A stretch of 60,166 nucleotides of DNA, the filler included, from Sphacelaria rigidula (Eukaryota), in NCBI GenBank assembly GCA_964200075.2. It is 10 parts of 10 records of this genome, joined end to end, with 100 filler letters (N's around TTAATTAATTAA, not from the genome) between each part and the next. Parts side by side here need not be neighbours in the genome. Positions count along the whole stretch, not along the records: positions 1 to 5,928 come from CAXNAA020023428.1; positions 6,029 to 11,955 come from CAXNAA020023429.1; 8 more parts are not named here. One strand, written 5' to 3'. The position numbers were made by a program, and so were the translations under genes. Positions 1 to 11,695 of this stretch are shown here, in pieces (within the stretch, counting starts at the first letter, position 1; the number at the start of each line of letters is the position of its first letter). Below the pieces are notes generated by a model that was not told where the DNA came from, did not search any database, and saw only the letters and a list, made by a program, of their open reading frames with translations.

Positions 1-442
1 AACCAAATACAAGCGCAACGCAAGTGTGGAGGGATGTCTGACACAGTTATGAGCCTCTTTTTTTGTGCAACCAAATACCGCCCCCCTATCGTAGGATGAC
101 TCAATGATTCGAACGGTACCGGTACGAATCAATTACACAATCAAGTATTTTCCAGACGAATCAATGATCAGACGAGTCAATGATTTCTCCGACCCTTGAA
201 ACCGTGGGACTTGCTCACTTCGGTAGCATTAGCAGTCGTGGTGAGAAATAATGACTGATTTTGCGTAGATGAGACATGTGGTCAGTTGCGCCAGCGGCAT
301 TATGGATGACTGTTTCCGTATTTCCTCGTTCAGGATGCGCACTCATGTGCAGCTGGAAAAGGAAGGGTCGCGATAGCTCTATGCTGGATTGAAAAATCAT
401 GACGCTGTTCGTCCGGCGTCTGACAAAAATTCCGGGGAAAAG

Positions 443-585
443 TCCACATCCTGGACAAAAGATTACACAGTAAAAAAAGTGTACTGCGTACAGTATCGAC
501 TATTGTGCCTATTGCAATATACAATAGATCCCATACTGTACGCATTACATTTTTTCACTATAGAATATATTTTCCAGGGTGTGGA
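443..585. mobile_element. Small foldback MITE-like element
   Basis: Arms 443-496 (tccacatcctgg…gcgtacagtat) and 533-585 (atactgtacgc…ccagggtgtgga) are imperfect inverted repeats. A related copy lies at about 25213-25345. Confidence 0.7.
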
Positions 586-683
586 AAAGTCATCGATGGG
601 TACTTTGCCGCGTTGATGAAGCACGGGTGGCTCTCGCTAGCCCGCCCGACGATCAGCCGTATAACCTTTGCGATCTGCGAGTG

Positions 684-1070
684 ATCTAATATCCGTATGA
701 TCCATTTTGACCTGAACACATTCCCGGCTGGCGACCTGAAGAACCCGTGGCTCTGTACACATGGCTTGATGACCGATCTGTTTGACCCGTGTGATTCGTA
801 CTTAAGTCTGCTTGATGGTGATCTGTATGATCCGAGTTACTTGTACTACGGTTTCCATAACTTGTGTGCTCCGTTTTATCCGTACATGACCTCTTTAGAC
901 ATACCTATGCAATCCGAATCAGGTGTACTCGAAACGCCGATAACAACCGTTGATAACCATTATGACGCGTACGAGATACCTCCCTCGAGATCGATGATCC
1001 CCGGAACACGGGAACCGTTACATAACTAGTTGCACTTCCATCCGAATTGTGCACACAAACGTGTTCACTC
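684..1070. repeat. GATC-rich dispersed repeat, probably TE-derived
   Basis: An inverted homologous copy lies at about 29170-29560, sharing gagtacacctgatt, gtatctcgtacg, gtgcaactagt and cagatc blocks. Confidence 0.75.
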
Positions 1071-1980
1071 TCTTCCTGTCTAACCCGGGTGACACAGATG
1101 ATGATTTGTTCGACGTGTGGAAAGTCCTTATACGAGACTGGACACCAACCTATCGCCAAGAATTCGTTGTCGAAGGGTACGTGCTTTTAGTTGTGAGAGT
1201 AGCATTCGAATATTTAATTTGTCAGTGCCAAGTACTCGCCAGCGTGCGCCGCACGCCCGTTCGAACTCTACCGATGCACATTTTGCCTCGAGCACCCATT
1301 ATGCCCCTACTCCGCCGGGAGGTTCTCGGTTTGGGTTGCGTTGAAGTTTGAAGTTTGGGTTGGCATCAAGGTGATCCGGTTGATTACCCTGGTCGCAATT
1401 TTTGGCATATTTCGCCGGAACCAGCATGCAGACACTGGCCGTGTTCTGTGGCATAGAATTTCAGTCTTCACAGTCCAACTGTGGTTCACTGTCGTCTCCC
1501 GAAGCTACATGGACCACGAGTCGTTGCGCGTTATGTTTTATGCATGGAGACGTCGTTTTTCATGAGCGATAAAGCTATTCCAACTATACATGTTCCTGAG
1601 GTTCTCTACACGCGAGAAGAATGAAACGTCAGATCACAAACGTGTACATGGTGGCCCACGCATAGTATTGTACACAAATACGAAATATTAATTGAAATGA
1701 TGGAGTTGCATGTTTTGAAGAAAAAAAAAAGCAGATTCGATGTTCGACAGAAACGTGTGCCTTCATGTTGCCAAACTCGGTAGCTACTTGAATCGTGTCC
1801 ACGCTTCGGTCAAGACTTGTATTTCTGGGGAGATCAACCATCTCTGAGTCCCCATGGAATTTTCCTATTTCCGCCGTGTACCAAGTGCTGAGTGAGAGCA
1901 ACGGATCACTGTGGCTCATCGAGGAATGGGCGATGGTTTCGAGATGCGAAGCTCCCTCTCCCGCCGCACAAAAACACTCC

Positions 1981-2490
1981 TTCAATGGTTAGCGTTGCTT
2001 GGCAACGACGCTGTAAAACACGCCGATCGCTGCATAAGCCAGGCAATCAGCTGCCGTTGTTTTCTCTCTCATGTTTTTTGGCGGTAACCGTGATTGTAGT
2101 CGACTTGGATCGTACTGTGCGCGGTGGGAAACCTCAACTCCGCGCACAAGGGTATGATCGTACTACGCAGTGTTGAAATGGTGAGACACCCATGAGGCAG
2201 TGTAAGCGTTGGCCGTCTCAGAAACTGGCGATACCAGGAAATGAAGCAACTCATTCGAGGCTGTCATCCATATTCGAGATAATCAGTACGCTTCGGGCCG
2301 AACAATCCTAGCAGGGTGTAGGTCACCCCTCATGCGACGCGCCGAACACATTACGACGCTTCGCCCGAGGTGATTGAGAACCTGGTCCGGCGGAAATCTG
2401 GCGTGCTCCGTAACGGCTGTGGAGAGATGTGAGGTCGATGGTCTTGTGACCGCAGCATGCAAGATCATGAGTACACCCCCTCCCCATCCC
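1981..2490 (+). mobile_element. Long copy of the abundant C-tract-ended repeat (subfamily A, ends …GCAAGATCATGAGTACACCCC)
   Basis: Colinear with 46313-46825 and 39640-40075. Truncated copies lie at 11901-11955, 12056-12121, 14105-14150, 40611-40721, 54241-54532 and 60116-60166. Confidence 0.85.
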
Positions 2491-3452
2491 TCGGCAGAAA
2501 CAGGCCAGGATTCACGACTCGCTTGTTGCTTTCGACAGTATACTTTTTTGGTCGCACGACATTTTTGTGTCATGAAAGACGTGTTCCTCTCGCACAATTT
2601 CTACAATTGAGCGGGAAAAAAATGACAAGTCACGAGTTCACGGCACGGATCGGCCAAAGTTTTTTTTTTGTGCATCCGCTGTAATTTTTTTTTCTTTGTC
2701 TCACCTCTAACCCCTCGCCTTCCTCGGGACGGGTCTGTGGGTATAAGGAGTCGAACCATCGTCCTCCCCGGCAAACGCCTTACATTGTGATATCGCGGAT
2801 CAGATCAGCACTCGCGCACCAGATCGACTGTCGTTCAACAAACCTAATCAAGCAGACTCGTTTTGTTACTTGAATAAATCTTGACGCTTTCAAATGGCGG
2901 AAATCAGATACATGTGAGGAAAATAATCAAACTAGACGCATCTGGCAGTAATTGAACCCTCGTTTTCCCCACCCTCATGACGTCAGTTGTGCCATTGAAC
3001 CACCGGAGCGTGGCGGTAAGAAGAAAAACATGTGGTTCCGCAAGATTTCGAAACTCTGATCTTCCTCCTCAACAGGTTCCAGGCAGACCCTTTTAATTCA
3101 GGCCATCGGGGTGCAACGGCCGTTATACCCATTCAAAGCATGTCCGCCGTTGTTTTCTACTCGAAGTTACCGAAGGGGGAAATTGCTGCGCAGGCGTTAT
3201 CCGTCGTGTTGTGCCGTATTTGTATTATCGCATGTACAATTTCGTTGGTCAGTTCTCCTTGAAATTGGCTTACTCACCGCCTGCCTCGGCACGCTGTGCC
3301 CGGTGTACGTTCCGCATCTTCTCATGCCGATCACCGACAAAGTATAACGGAGGAGCGCTTGACGCACGGTAAAGAGGAAGGCCTCAGATTCACGGCAGAA
3401 ATTTGTTACCTTCACTGTGTCTGCTCCTGCTCACACATGTACGCAGGCATTC

Positions 3453-3886
3453 ATGCCGGGCGGGTGGTCGAGAGGATCTCCACGCGGTGAATCCAAGGAC
3501 CCGCCGCCACCCAGCGGGTCACGCCCAGCATCACCACAATCGCCTCAGCCACATCCAGCAGCAAACGGCTACAGCAGCGCCAACGGAAACCACGTAGTGC
3601 TGCGACAACACGAAAGCGGAAACGGCGGTCGAAGCGGCAGTGGGGACATTGAGCTTGCACGGGGGACTGAGACTTGGAAAGCAACGGACATTGGCGCTAA
3701 GGACGACGACGATCACTGGGATTCCAAGGAAAGTTTTGGGGGGAGAGCAAGTAAGAGCATGGGTGCGAAGAACGCGAAGGCATCGGCCAGGGCGGGTGGA
3801 AGCGGTGGGGGTTACGAGGTTGTTGAGCGCGAGGAGCCTCTGTTGGAGAATGAAGCTGGGGAAGAGGAGTCCATCAATGGGGAGAG
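3453..3886 (+). CDS. MFS polyol/sugar transporter, first coding exon (low-complexity N-terminal extension)
   Basis: ATG at 3453 follows a cag acceptor at 3446. The donor AG|GTGTGT at 3887 is phase 2 and joins in frame to exon 4612-4960. Confidence 0.7.
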
Positions 3887-4611
3887 GTGTGTGTCATACT
3901 CCATTGTGTGTGTGTGTGTGTGTGCGCGCGCGGTGTGTGTGTACTCGTGTAGGCTGGTGTTTTGTGTGTTGAGTCCAACGTTGATCGAAGCAGTGCCCGT
4001 TCGTTTTCAAAAGAGGGTATACGATGACAAAGGCGGTGTTATGCGGTTTTGGGTAGGAGTCGTGTAGTTGGATGTAGTTGTTTGGAGGGACTACTTTTGC
4101 GTCGGTTTGCAGGTGTGTGCTGGCTGTCCACGAGGACGGAAATTCTACGTCGAAGCGACAGGATAGTCTCCGAGCCTGTTCTATGGTTCCAAACCCTGGA
4201 CTAGGAAGGTGTCGAAGTTGCACTCAACCTTGTCACCTGACCTTCGCGAAGGTACAACTGCCGAAATGAGGAGAAACTGCTGGGCATCGCAGGTACGGTC
4301 GGTGTGCCTATAGCGCGTCAACATCCCGGTGTCCCCCCGTTTGGACAGAAGTACGGTGCTGTATCCCCAGGGCTTGTGCTCCATGTCCGCGGTCCACAGT
4401 TTCCCCCCGTTCTCGAAGGGGAGGACCCATCACCACGAGACTTCGCGATCGTCGTCGTGCAGAGAAGAACGTAGAGCTGTTGCTCGAAAGACGACGTCCG
4501 CGGCACGTGTACACAAAGAAAGGTATGGTGATGAAGGGACCATTTGACACCCCCCCTCTCCGATTCCTACCCTACCCTGCTGCTCCCCTTTCCCGTGCAC
4601 TCGCTCAGCAG

Positions 4612-4960
4612 GCTATCCGCCGGCGTTCTGTTGAGCGAAGGAAATCGTTCTTCTTCCCTACGCTCTCACAACGACCGCTCGTTAGGTCCGGCTTTTCAAG
4701 ATCGACGGGACAGTAACGGGAACGAGAAGCCGCCGTCCCACACCGGCGGGGACTGGCGCGTACCCGAAGATGGGCATAACTCCGGACGCGCCGGAAGCAG
4801 GGCCGATCGGGGGCGATGTCAGCTTTCGGGGCGACCGCTGGTGTACCTCTGCGCGCTTTGCTCTTCCCTTTGCTCGATCCTGCTCGGATATGACGTGGGC
4901 GTGATGTCTGGCGCGAAGGAGTTCATCAAGCCGAATTTGGATCTGTCGGACGTGCAAGTG
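4612..4960 (+). CDS. MFS sugar porter, polyol-transporter-like (PLT/PMT), exon encoding TM1
   Basis: LVYLCALCSSLCSILLGYDVGVMSGAKEFIKPNLDLSDVQV matches the sugar-porter TM1 motif LLGYD(I/V)GVMSGA. Bounded by a cag acceptor and a GTGAG donor at 4961. Confidence 0.9.
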
Positions 4961-5197
4961 GTGAGACAGCTTTTGTTGTGGACGTAGGAAGTGTTGGGCT
5001 CACGGTGAAGCGTTGCTCGGCTTGGCATTTCCCTGCATACACCCGGAGGACGTTTGGGCATCGTGGATACAAGAATTGCCAATTGTTTCATGTATGCACA
5101 CCTACCACGGGTTCACCATCTGTTTACACGTGTATGTGTTGTTTCTTTAACACGTTGATGGCCGAGGATGTGAAATAGATGATGACCAATGCGATCT

Positions 5198-5482
5198 GGG
5201 ATTTTTTTTCTCACACAACGCCCAACAGTCGAGAGCGATCATGTCGTGGGTGCACAAAATTCGACTGAATGGTTGACGAGGGAGAGGGGCTGCTGGACCC
5301 CTCTCGCGATAAAAAGTCACGGCAAGCACCGCAGGAGGGAAGTTGGAGTACAAAAATAAAATAGATGAAACTCCTGTGTTGGATTTCTTCCTGCGTGACT
5401 CCGGCTGATCCGCCCACATATACCGCAAGGTGTAGACTGGCGTCTAGAATAGATGGGATGGCAACACACACACACACACACA
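5198..5482 (+). mobile_element. tRNA-derived SINE with (CA)n tail, 5'-truncated copy
   Basis: Ends …ctagaatagatgggatggcaa(ca)n. Homologous to 42770-43130 (minus strand, which has the tRNA-like head) and to 51815-52045. Confidence 0.8.
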
Positions 5483-5928
5483 GTGCAACGGTAAGATGTG
5501 TAGTGGCCGCAAAATACAGGCCGGTCGGTCTGCCTTCAAAGTGAGGAAAATGACTTGCTATACCAAGACTGTTTTCGATTAAGTTTTATAATCATGACTT
5601 TTGAAATTTTGCACATCTCTGGATATGTGCAAAAAGAAGATGATTTCCTTTCTGGGGAAGAGAAAAAAAATCCACTGTGAAATGAAGATACTGCGAAAAA
5701 TCAGTAATTTTGGAACATTTCCTCTTTTTTTAGACGGGAAGGGACACCGTCCTCGGAGTCGGAAATGAAACAATGAGCCGCGGTCGCTACCTTCGCGTTG
5801 TGTTTATGTCTACGTGTGAAATTTGTTCATTTTGTGTCTCCCAAGGCCATGGGAGAATAGCGCACGGTTAGGACGAATCATCAAGGGTTCGAATCACCAA
5901 GTCCACGATTTCTTCGGCCTGATTGCCC

Positions 5929-6028
5929 NNNNNNNNNNNNNNNNNNNNNNNNNNNNNNNNNNNNNNNNNNNNTTAATTAATTAANNNNNNNNNNNNNNNN
6001 NNNNNNNNNNNNNNNNNNNNNNNNNNNN
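5929..6028. other. Artificial contig spacer (N44-TTAATTAATTAA-N44), first of nine
   Basis: Identical 100-nt spacers at 5929-6028, 11956-12055, 17983-18082, 24010-24109, 30037-30136, 36063-36162, 42089-42188, 48115-48214 and 54141-54240. TTAATTAATTAA gives stops in all six frames. Contig lengths fall monotonically from 5928 to 5926. Confidence 0.99.
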
Positions 6029-6608
6029 CCCCTTCCAACCAACAAAAAAATTTTCTCGTACCCTTCACAACACACCCACACCAACCCTCCTCTTTTGCAC
6101 TTCCCCCCCCCCCCCCCCCCACCTCCCCCGACGAAGTAGCGCCCGTCCTCCTGAACACAGCTATTTTCCGTAGGGACTGTCAGCCAGCGATATTGATGTG
6201 CAAGACAAAATCTCGCCCAAGGGATTATAGCGCGCCGCTTGTTTTGGTGTCAATTGCAGGAACATCGTGCGACCTTGAGAAGCAATGACAACCGCCCAAC
6301 GGTAACAGTACTATATTGATGACAGGATGTCAACGCAGGGACAATAATTAACTTGATTTGCTGGGCCATTCGACATGGTACGTTGACGGATTGTTCTTAC
6401 TTGTGCTTCGAGGGTCCTTGGGTCAGGGTACCATACGCCAGGGACCCTAGGTTTCCAGGGTATTTACAACATCCCGGTAGCTAGTATACCGGGGCCCGAG
6501 GGGTATTGACAACCCCCTACACCCTACTCTGAATCCTACCCCACTCGAAGCACCAATGTTATGCTTCCTGTTCTGCTCTCCTCATATTTTCAACTCGTGC
6601 AATGCCAG

Positions 6609-6788
6609 GGCATCGGCCTTGCTATCGTTCAGAAGCTGGCACAGACCGAGGGTCACATGTGCGTACTGACAGCGCGCGACGAAGGCAGAGGTCAGAAGGC
6701 GGTCCAACATGTTCGAGAGCAAGAAGGAGTTGCTGAGACGACTGTCGTGTTCAAGCAGCTCGACATTGGGGACCCTGTCTCTGTTGAG
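6609..6788 (+). CDS. Short-chain dehydrogenase/reductase (carbonyl reductase-like), internal exon
   Basis: GIGLAIVQKLA…VLTARDEGRGQKAV…FKQLDIGDPVSVE is the Rossmann-fold region of CBR-type SDRs. 180-nt cag…GTGCG exon. Confidence 0.9.
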
Positions 6789-8110
6789 GTGCGGATTTAC
6801 TGGCAAAACGACGATAATCTATCAGCGATTTCATGGATAGCATCTGATTGCAGTAACCGCAAGTGCTGGTGTAGGTAGCCCGCCGGTGTAGGAGATCCTC
6901 GTCAAGTCGTGTAGTTGCTGGGAGGGATTTAGCTAGCAGCTGGCAGCTGGCAGCTGATGATGGGACAACAGTACGTATGACCCTTTGAGAAGTAGTTTCC
7001 TCGTTATTTCTGCAACCGCTGTGCGTTTTGTTTGCAAAATGAGAAAAAAAATAGCGCATGTCGTAGATGGGACAACCTCCGGGCAACGTTGCCGTATACC
7101 CTCCGCACAATCCAAGCAAATCGTGTTTTGCCGACGAAGAACTACCCAGCGGCTATGGTATACTGGTCGGGATAGACTATGAGGCACCTTGGGACCGTGC
7201 CTACGTGGGTCATCGGTCAGTCTCCCCTTGCCCATGACCCTTTCTCGCACAGAACCGTGAGCTGGGCTTGCCTCTGTCCTCGTGCTGGTGCGACGCCGTG
7301 CTGTACTGCGTATGTGCAATTGTGGTACGGTGTGTCCATCCCTATGCGCTGAACCTGACGATTACACCCACCTTGCACACGTAGGATCGGAGGACCATTT
7401 ACGCGCCCTGATTTTACCGAAGTCAAAAGCGTTGATCTTGGGTTCAGGTTCTAGAGTTCAAAAGGAGGAACGTGCTCAGAACTTGGAAACCCCTGGAATG
7501 CTCGGAATCCTTGTCGAACACTGAGGGCACAGGCCTGTGGTGGGGAGCCGCATTTGGTGGAGAGAGAGCGCTTGCGTTGAAAACGGCGTTTCCACGCATA
7601 TGCTACGCGTCATTGTTGTTACTGCATAAGCCGCAGACATTGCCGTCTTACCACCGCAAAAGCGCGGCGGTATTTGCACCAGGCACAGCGCATAGCATAG
7701 ACCACAGGCATGGACGCAAACGAGACCATTCTTATATACCGTTGGCACAATGTATGCGTGAAGCCATGAATGCACACAAGATTTCAGCAGGCACGGTAGA
7801 GTAGTATCAGAATGGAATGAATGAATGACCCTCACCCGTATCAACAAGTAGATGCACACCCTTTGCTTGGAACGCTTTTTCCCTTAACACTCCTGCCAAG
7901 CACCCACGTGCCTTCATCGCCCATCCACGCCCACAAACTCGTCCCTGATGAACTCGCGGGACCTCTCAGCGGACGAATTATGAAGCCTACGACGGCTTCG
8001 GCGGCGTTCCCCGCCACGTTCAGTGCATCAAATTCCAATATACTCGAGCACCGATGATGATTATGTGCGCTGCGTGATGGCACATGGCACAGTCTGAAGA
8101 AAATACCGTA

Positions 8111-9167
8111 GCTGCTCATCAGCTGAGCACGTCGTGCCTGACCTCACACAAATACTTTCAGAATTCGGTCAGAAACGATGTTTTGTGTGAGACGCGCGCA
8201 CAGCACAGGCACACAATTAGTCAGCACCCGTTGACATGATGCCGATTCAAATTTGAAGAAGGAGGGAAGACGGTGGCATCCAGCCACTCATGATGAAAAA
8301 CGCGCATGACGGAAGAGTAGCAGCAGCAGCAGCGGTAAAGGCGGAGAAAAGAAAATACGGTCGAGACAATGCGAAATGTGTGCAAGATCGAAATACGCTC
8401 AAGGTGCGCCAGCCCTGTCCCGAGAGGTGGATTGTGTTCAGCGAAGAACGATGGCGCGCTGACTGTTTCATACCGTTAAGGTGAAGCAAGGTACCTCTAC
8501 ACTGAACATGATGCCCGATTTTTTTTCGATAAAAGAGTATGCCATTCCACAGATAGACATATTTGCCTCGTTGTTAGCCCGAAGAATAACATAGGTGTCC
8601 CGTTGATGGGGGCAAATGCTAAGGCTTCACACACAATCGAGCACAGTCAGAGGTGGACCGGAGGAACTCGTTGCCCCCGCAAGACGAAACCAAGCAGCTC
8701 GAGCCGTGGCTGTTCATCAGCTCAGCACGTTGTGCGTGACCTTGGACAAATCGGTTCAGAAGCCAATGAGAAACGATAATTTGTGTGAGACGCGCGTACA
8801 GCTCATGCACACGAAGAGTCAGCACTCGTTAACATGATGCCGTTTTAAATTCGAAGAAGGGCGGGGGAACGGTTGCGTCCAGCCACTCATGATTCGAACA
8901 AACGCATGGCGGTACAAGTAGCAGCAGCAGCGGCAGCAACCGCAGCAGCAGTACAGAGACGGTGAAATAGGAAGTATGGTCGAAACGATGCGACATGCGT
9001 GTATTGTCAAAACACGCTCAAGGTGTGCAAGACCTTCCCCGAGAGGTAGACTGTGTTCCGTGAAGAGCGATGGCGCGCTGACTGTTTCGTACCGTTGACA
9101 TGAAGCGAGATGTTTCTAAACTGAACATAATGCCGATTCAGTTTTCATGTTAGTATGATGCCATTCC
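8111..9167. repeat. Diverged tandem duplication, two units of about 450 nt spaced about 600 nt apart
   Basis: 8111-8547 and 8709-9167 share cagct(g/c)agcacgt, tgtgtgagacgcgcg, cagccactcatgat, cccgagaggt and gatggcgcgctgactgtttc. Confidence 0.85.
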
Positions 9168-10177
9168 CGAAACGAAGAGCGGTCGAGATGGATGACGTTA
9201 CCTCCGACGGTCGAAGGGTCCACCGAGACGCGGGGGAAAAATGAAGAAATAACTGGGCGTATCGCAGCGCCAAACGCCGTGCAGAAAGAAGGTGTACTTC
9301 AAATCCGAGCAAAAATAGAACGTGCGCCTAGGTCCAGCGAATGCAAGCGAAGTCTGCGATGGGAGGTCTTGGTGAAAAAGACGTGCTCTAAAATCAAGGA
9401 AGGACAAAATGCTGGCTTCTCGGAGCATGACTGATGACGGCGAAATGACACCTGTCTGCAGGGAAGCTGTTGGAGCAAATGAAATATCATTATATTCATG
9501 TCGTCCATCATATCTCTAGACCAATTTCACCCCGGAAACTCTCTATTGGCAAACGGGACTCGAGATGGGCGCGTCGAAGCATTTTGCAGTCGAAGAGTTT
9601 CGAGTAATGAATGTATTATAGTAGTTGCGTGAAGCACGGATTCACAGGTTATCTGCCGCGTACAATCAAAGGTGGTGAGGATAGGATACGTAACCGGGGT
9701 ACCTGGAGTTTCAGGGTATTTGGAGTACCCGGTACCCCAGGCTACGCACCGGTATTAAGTACCGAAATACGCAGGATTCAAGGGTACTAGCTGTCGTAAG
9801 TACTGAGCACCGCAAGGTACGTCGAGAACTTCCTCTCGAAAATACCCGGTGTAGTACCTGAAGAGGTATGTACTTCAGGTACCCAGGGAACCGAGTTTCG
9901 AATGCATTCATTATTCTAGGGTACCTCAAATACCCCCCCCCCAAAAAAAAAAACAAATTAAAAACGATGTTGTACCTGGACTATTGTGTGTGGATGTACG
10001 GAGTACCCCGGGTGACGAGGGTACTAACTGCTCACAATACTCAGCATTACAGGGTACCCAGGGCATCAAGACCCGAAATACTCGGTGAGCTAGAGCAGCG
10101 ATGGAATCGACACCCCCCAAATATTCAGTGTTGTAGGATATATACGCCCCGATGGTCTAGTGGTACAACTGACACTA

Positions 10178-11695
10178 CAGGCTGGTTCACGCTCATCACC
10201 CAAAGTTGTGTCACCAGCAAGTGCCTTTCGCGATACCTACCCAATAGCCACATACATGGTATCATGCGGACCACCATGGACATCTGGAGAGCGTGACATG
10301 GCCGGATTTATGTTCAAGGCTATACCAGTAGCATTAAGGGCAGAAAGGTACTTCGACCAATCAGCGCCCTTCAAGTTCTGAATTGAAAACACGAATTCCA
10401 AGCCCAATTTTCACCGAATCTCCAAATGCTTCAAATCGTAGCAAACGCCATCAGCTCGGAAATCTAACGGGAAAAACATATTTCAAAACGGCTATAACGG
10501 GGTCGAATGATAATCATAACCGGGATGTTTCGGTGATGTGGCGTTTTGGCGTCGTATAATTTCATCTAATGATACCCAAGAAAGATCGACGGAGCCTCGT
10601 GACGGTTTCCTTTACATCTGTTCTTCAAAAGCTCAGATCACCCTGAAACTTGGGCGTTCCGTGGGTATTGATACTCGAAATGGGAAATAGTGTATTCTTG
10701 ATAAGATTTTACAGTCTCTCCGTTCTCGATCGGCTTCCGGGGGTCCCGGTGTAAAGACCCTCGAAAGGCGGTACAGAAGTCGAGAGAAGAATAATAGTAT
10801 GATACGTTCGGGAATAGTCCAAGGAACGCATGTGCAGAGGCTGGTCGAGATACTCGAAACCTCATACATTTTTTGTTGCTTCGGCGTAACATTCACCCAA
10901 AAATACGTCTTTATACTAAAACCAAGTAGTGAGGAGTTTGCACGTTTCAAGTTCACGCCCTCGCACAAACGCTCAAGCCTTCACGCAGCTATGAGGGGTT
11001 GAACCCTGAAACTTTGCACAAATGTTCCATGTGTCATTACGCAAGTTTCGATAGACAATTCTTTTTTTACTTGTTGACTTTTTTACTTTTTCGCGTGGGT
11101 CCGACGGGATCCGAGTCGTTTTTTCGAAGTAGTCTACATTCTGGGACCCCGGAAAACCGGCACTGTCATTTGTTTTTCACCTCTTTCGCCAACGAGCTGC
11201 TGCCGCATAACCAATGGAAAGGCCGCATGAGGTTTCGTGGGCAAACTGGATGAGCTGATGCTTGAATTTTCATGTTCACGTCAAAAAAGGCCCGAAAGCC
11301 CAAATTTCATGTTAAAATCAAGTAGTGTGCGGTTTCACCGTGGCACGGAAACGTTCATCGCACAAACGCGATTTATTTCACGCCGTTTTCAGGAGTTAGA
11401 TCCAGAAATTTCACATAAATGTGCCAAAGGTCATTACTCAACTTTGGGTAAACGAGGTTTCTTCTTATTTTTTTAACCGTTTTACAGGGGTCCGAATGGA
11501 TCGAAGTTTGCCCGAAAAAGTTGGGACCCTCGAAAAACGGTTAAAACAGTAAAAAAAATCAAGAAAAAAAAACATCTTCGAAAGTCACGTAATGACACAT
11601 GGCGCAATTGTGCAAAATGTCAGGGTCAAACTCCATAAAGCGATGTGAAGGTTTGCGGATGAGTGTTCTTTGGGTGATGAGCGTGAACCAGCCTA
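10178..11695. mobile_element. Non-autonomous Tc1/mariner-like DNA transposon (~1.5 kb)
   Basis: Perfect 27-bp TIR AGGCTGGTTCACGCTCATCACCCAAAG at 10179-10205 and 11668-11694. TA lies on both flanks (10176-77, 11696-97). The interior has direct and inverted subrepeats and no transposase ORF. Confidence 0.85.

Noticed and set aside
697..1029. 110-aa ORF as a real gene
   Set aside because: It lies inside a dispersed repeat whose other copy (29170-29560) does not keep the same frame.
2283..2597. Recurring peptide …LHPA(R/K)I(V/L)RPEAY as a small protein family
   Set aside because: It arises from translating copies of the dispersed repeat. The reading frames differ between copies (39875, 46608, 54385).
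5973..5984. TTAATTAATTAA recurring every ~6 kb as a biological periodic motif
   Set aside because: It is always embedded in exactly 44 N on each side, so it is an assembly linker.
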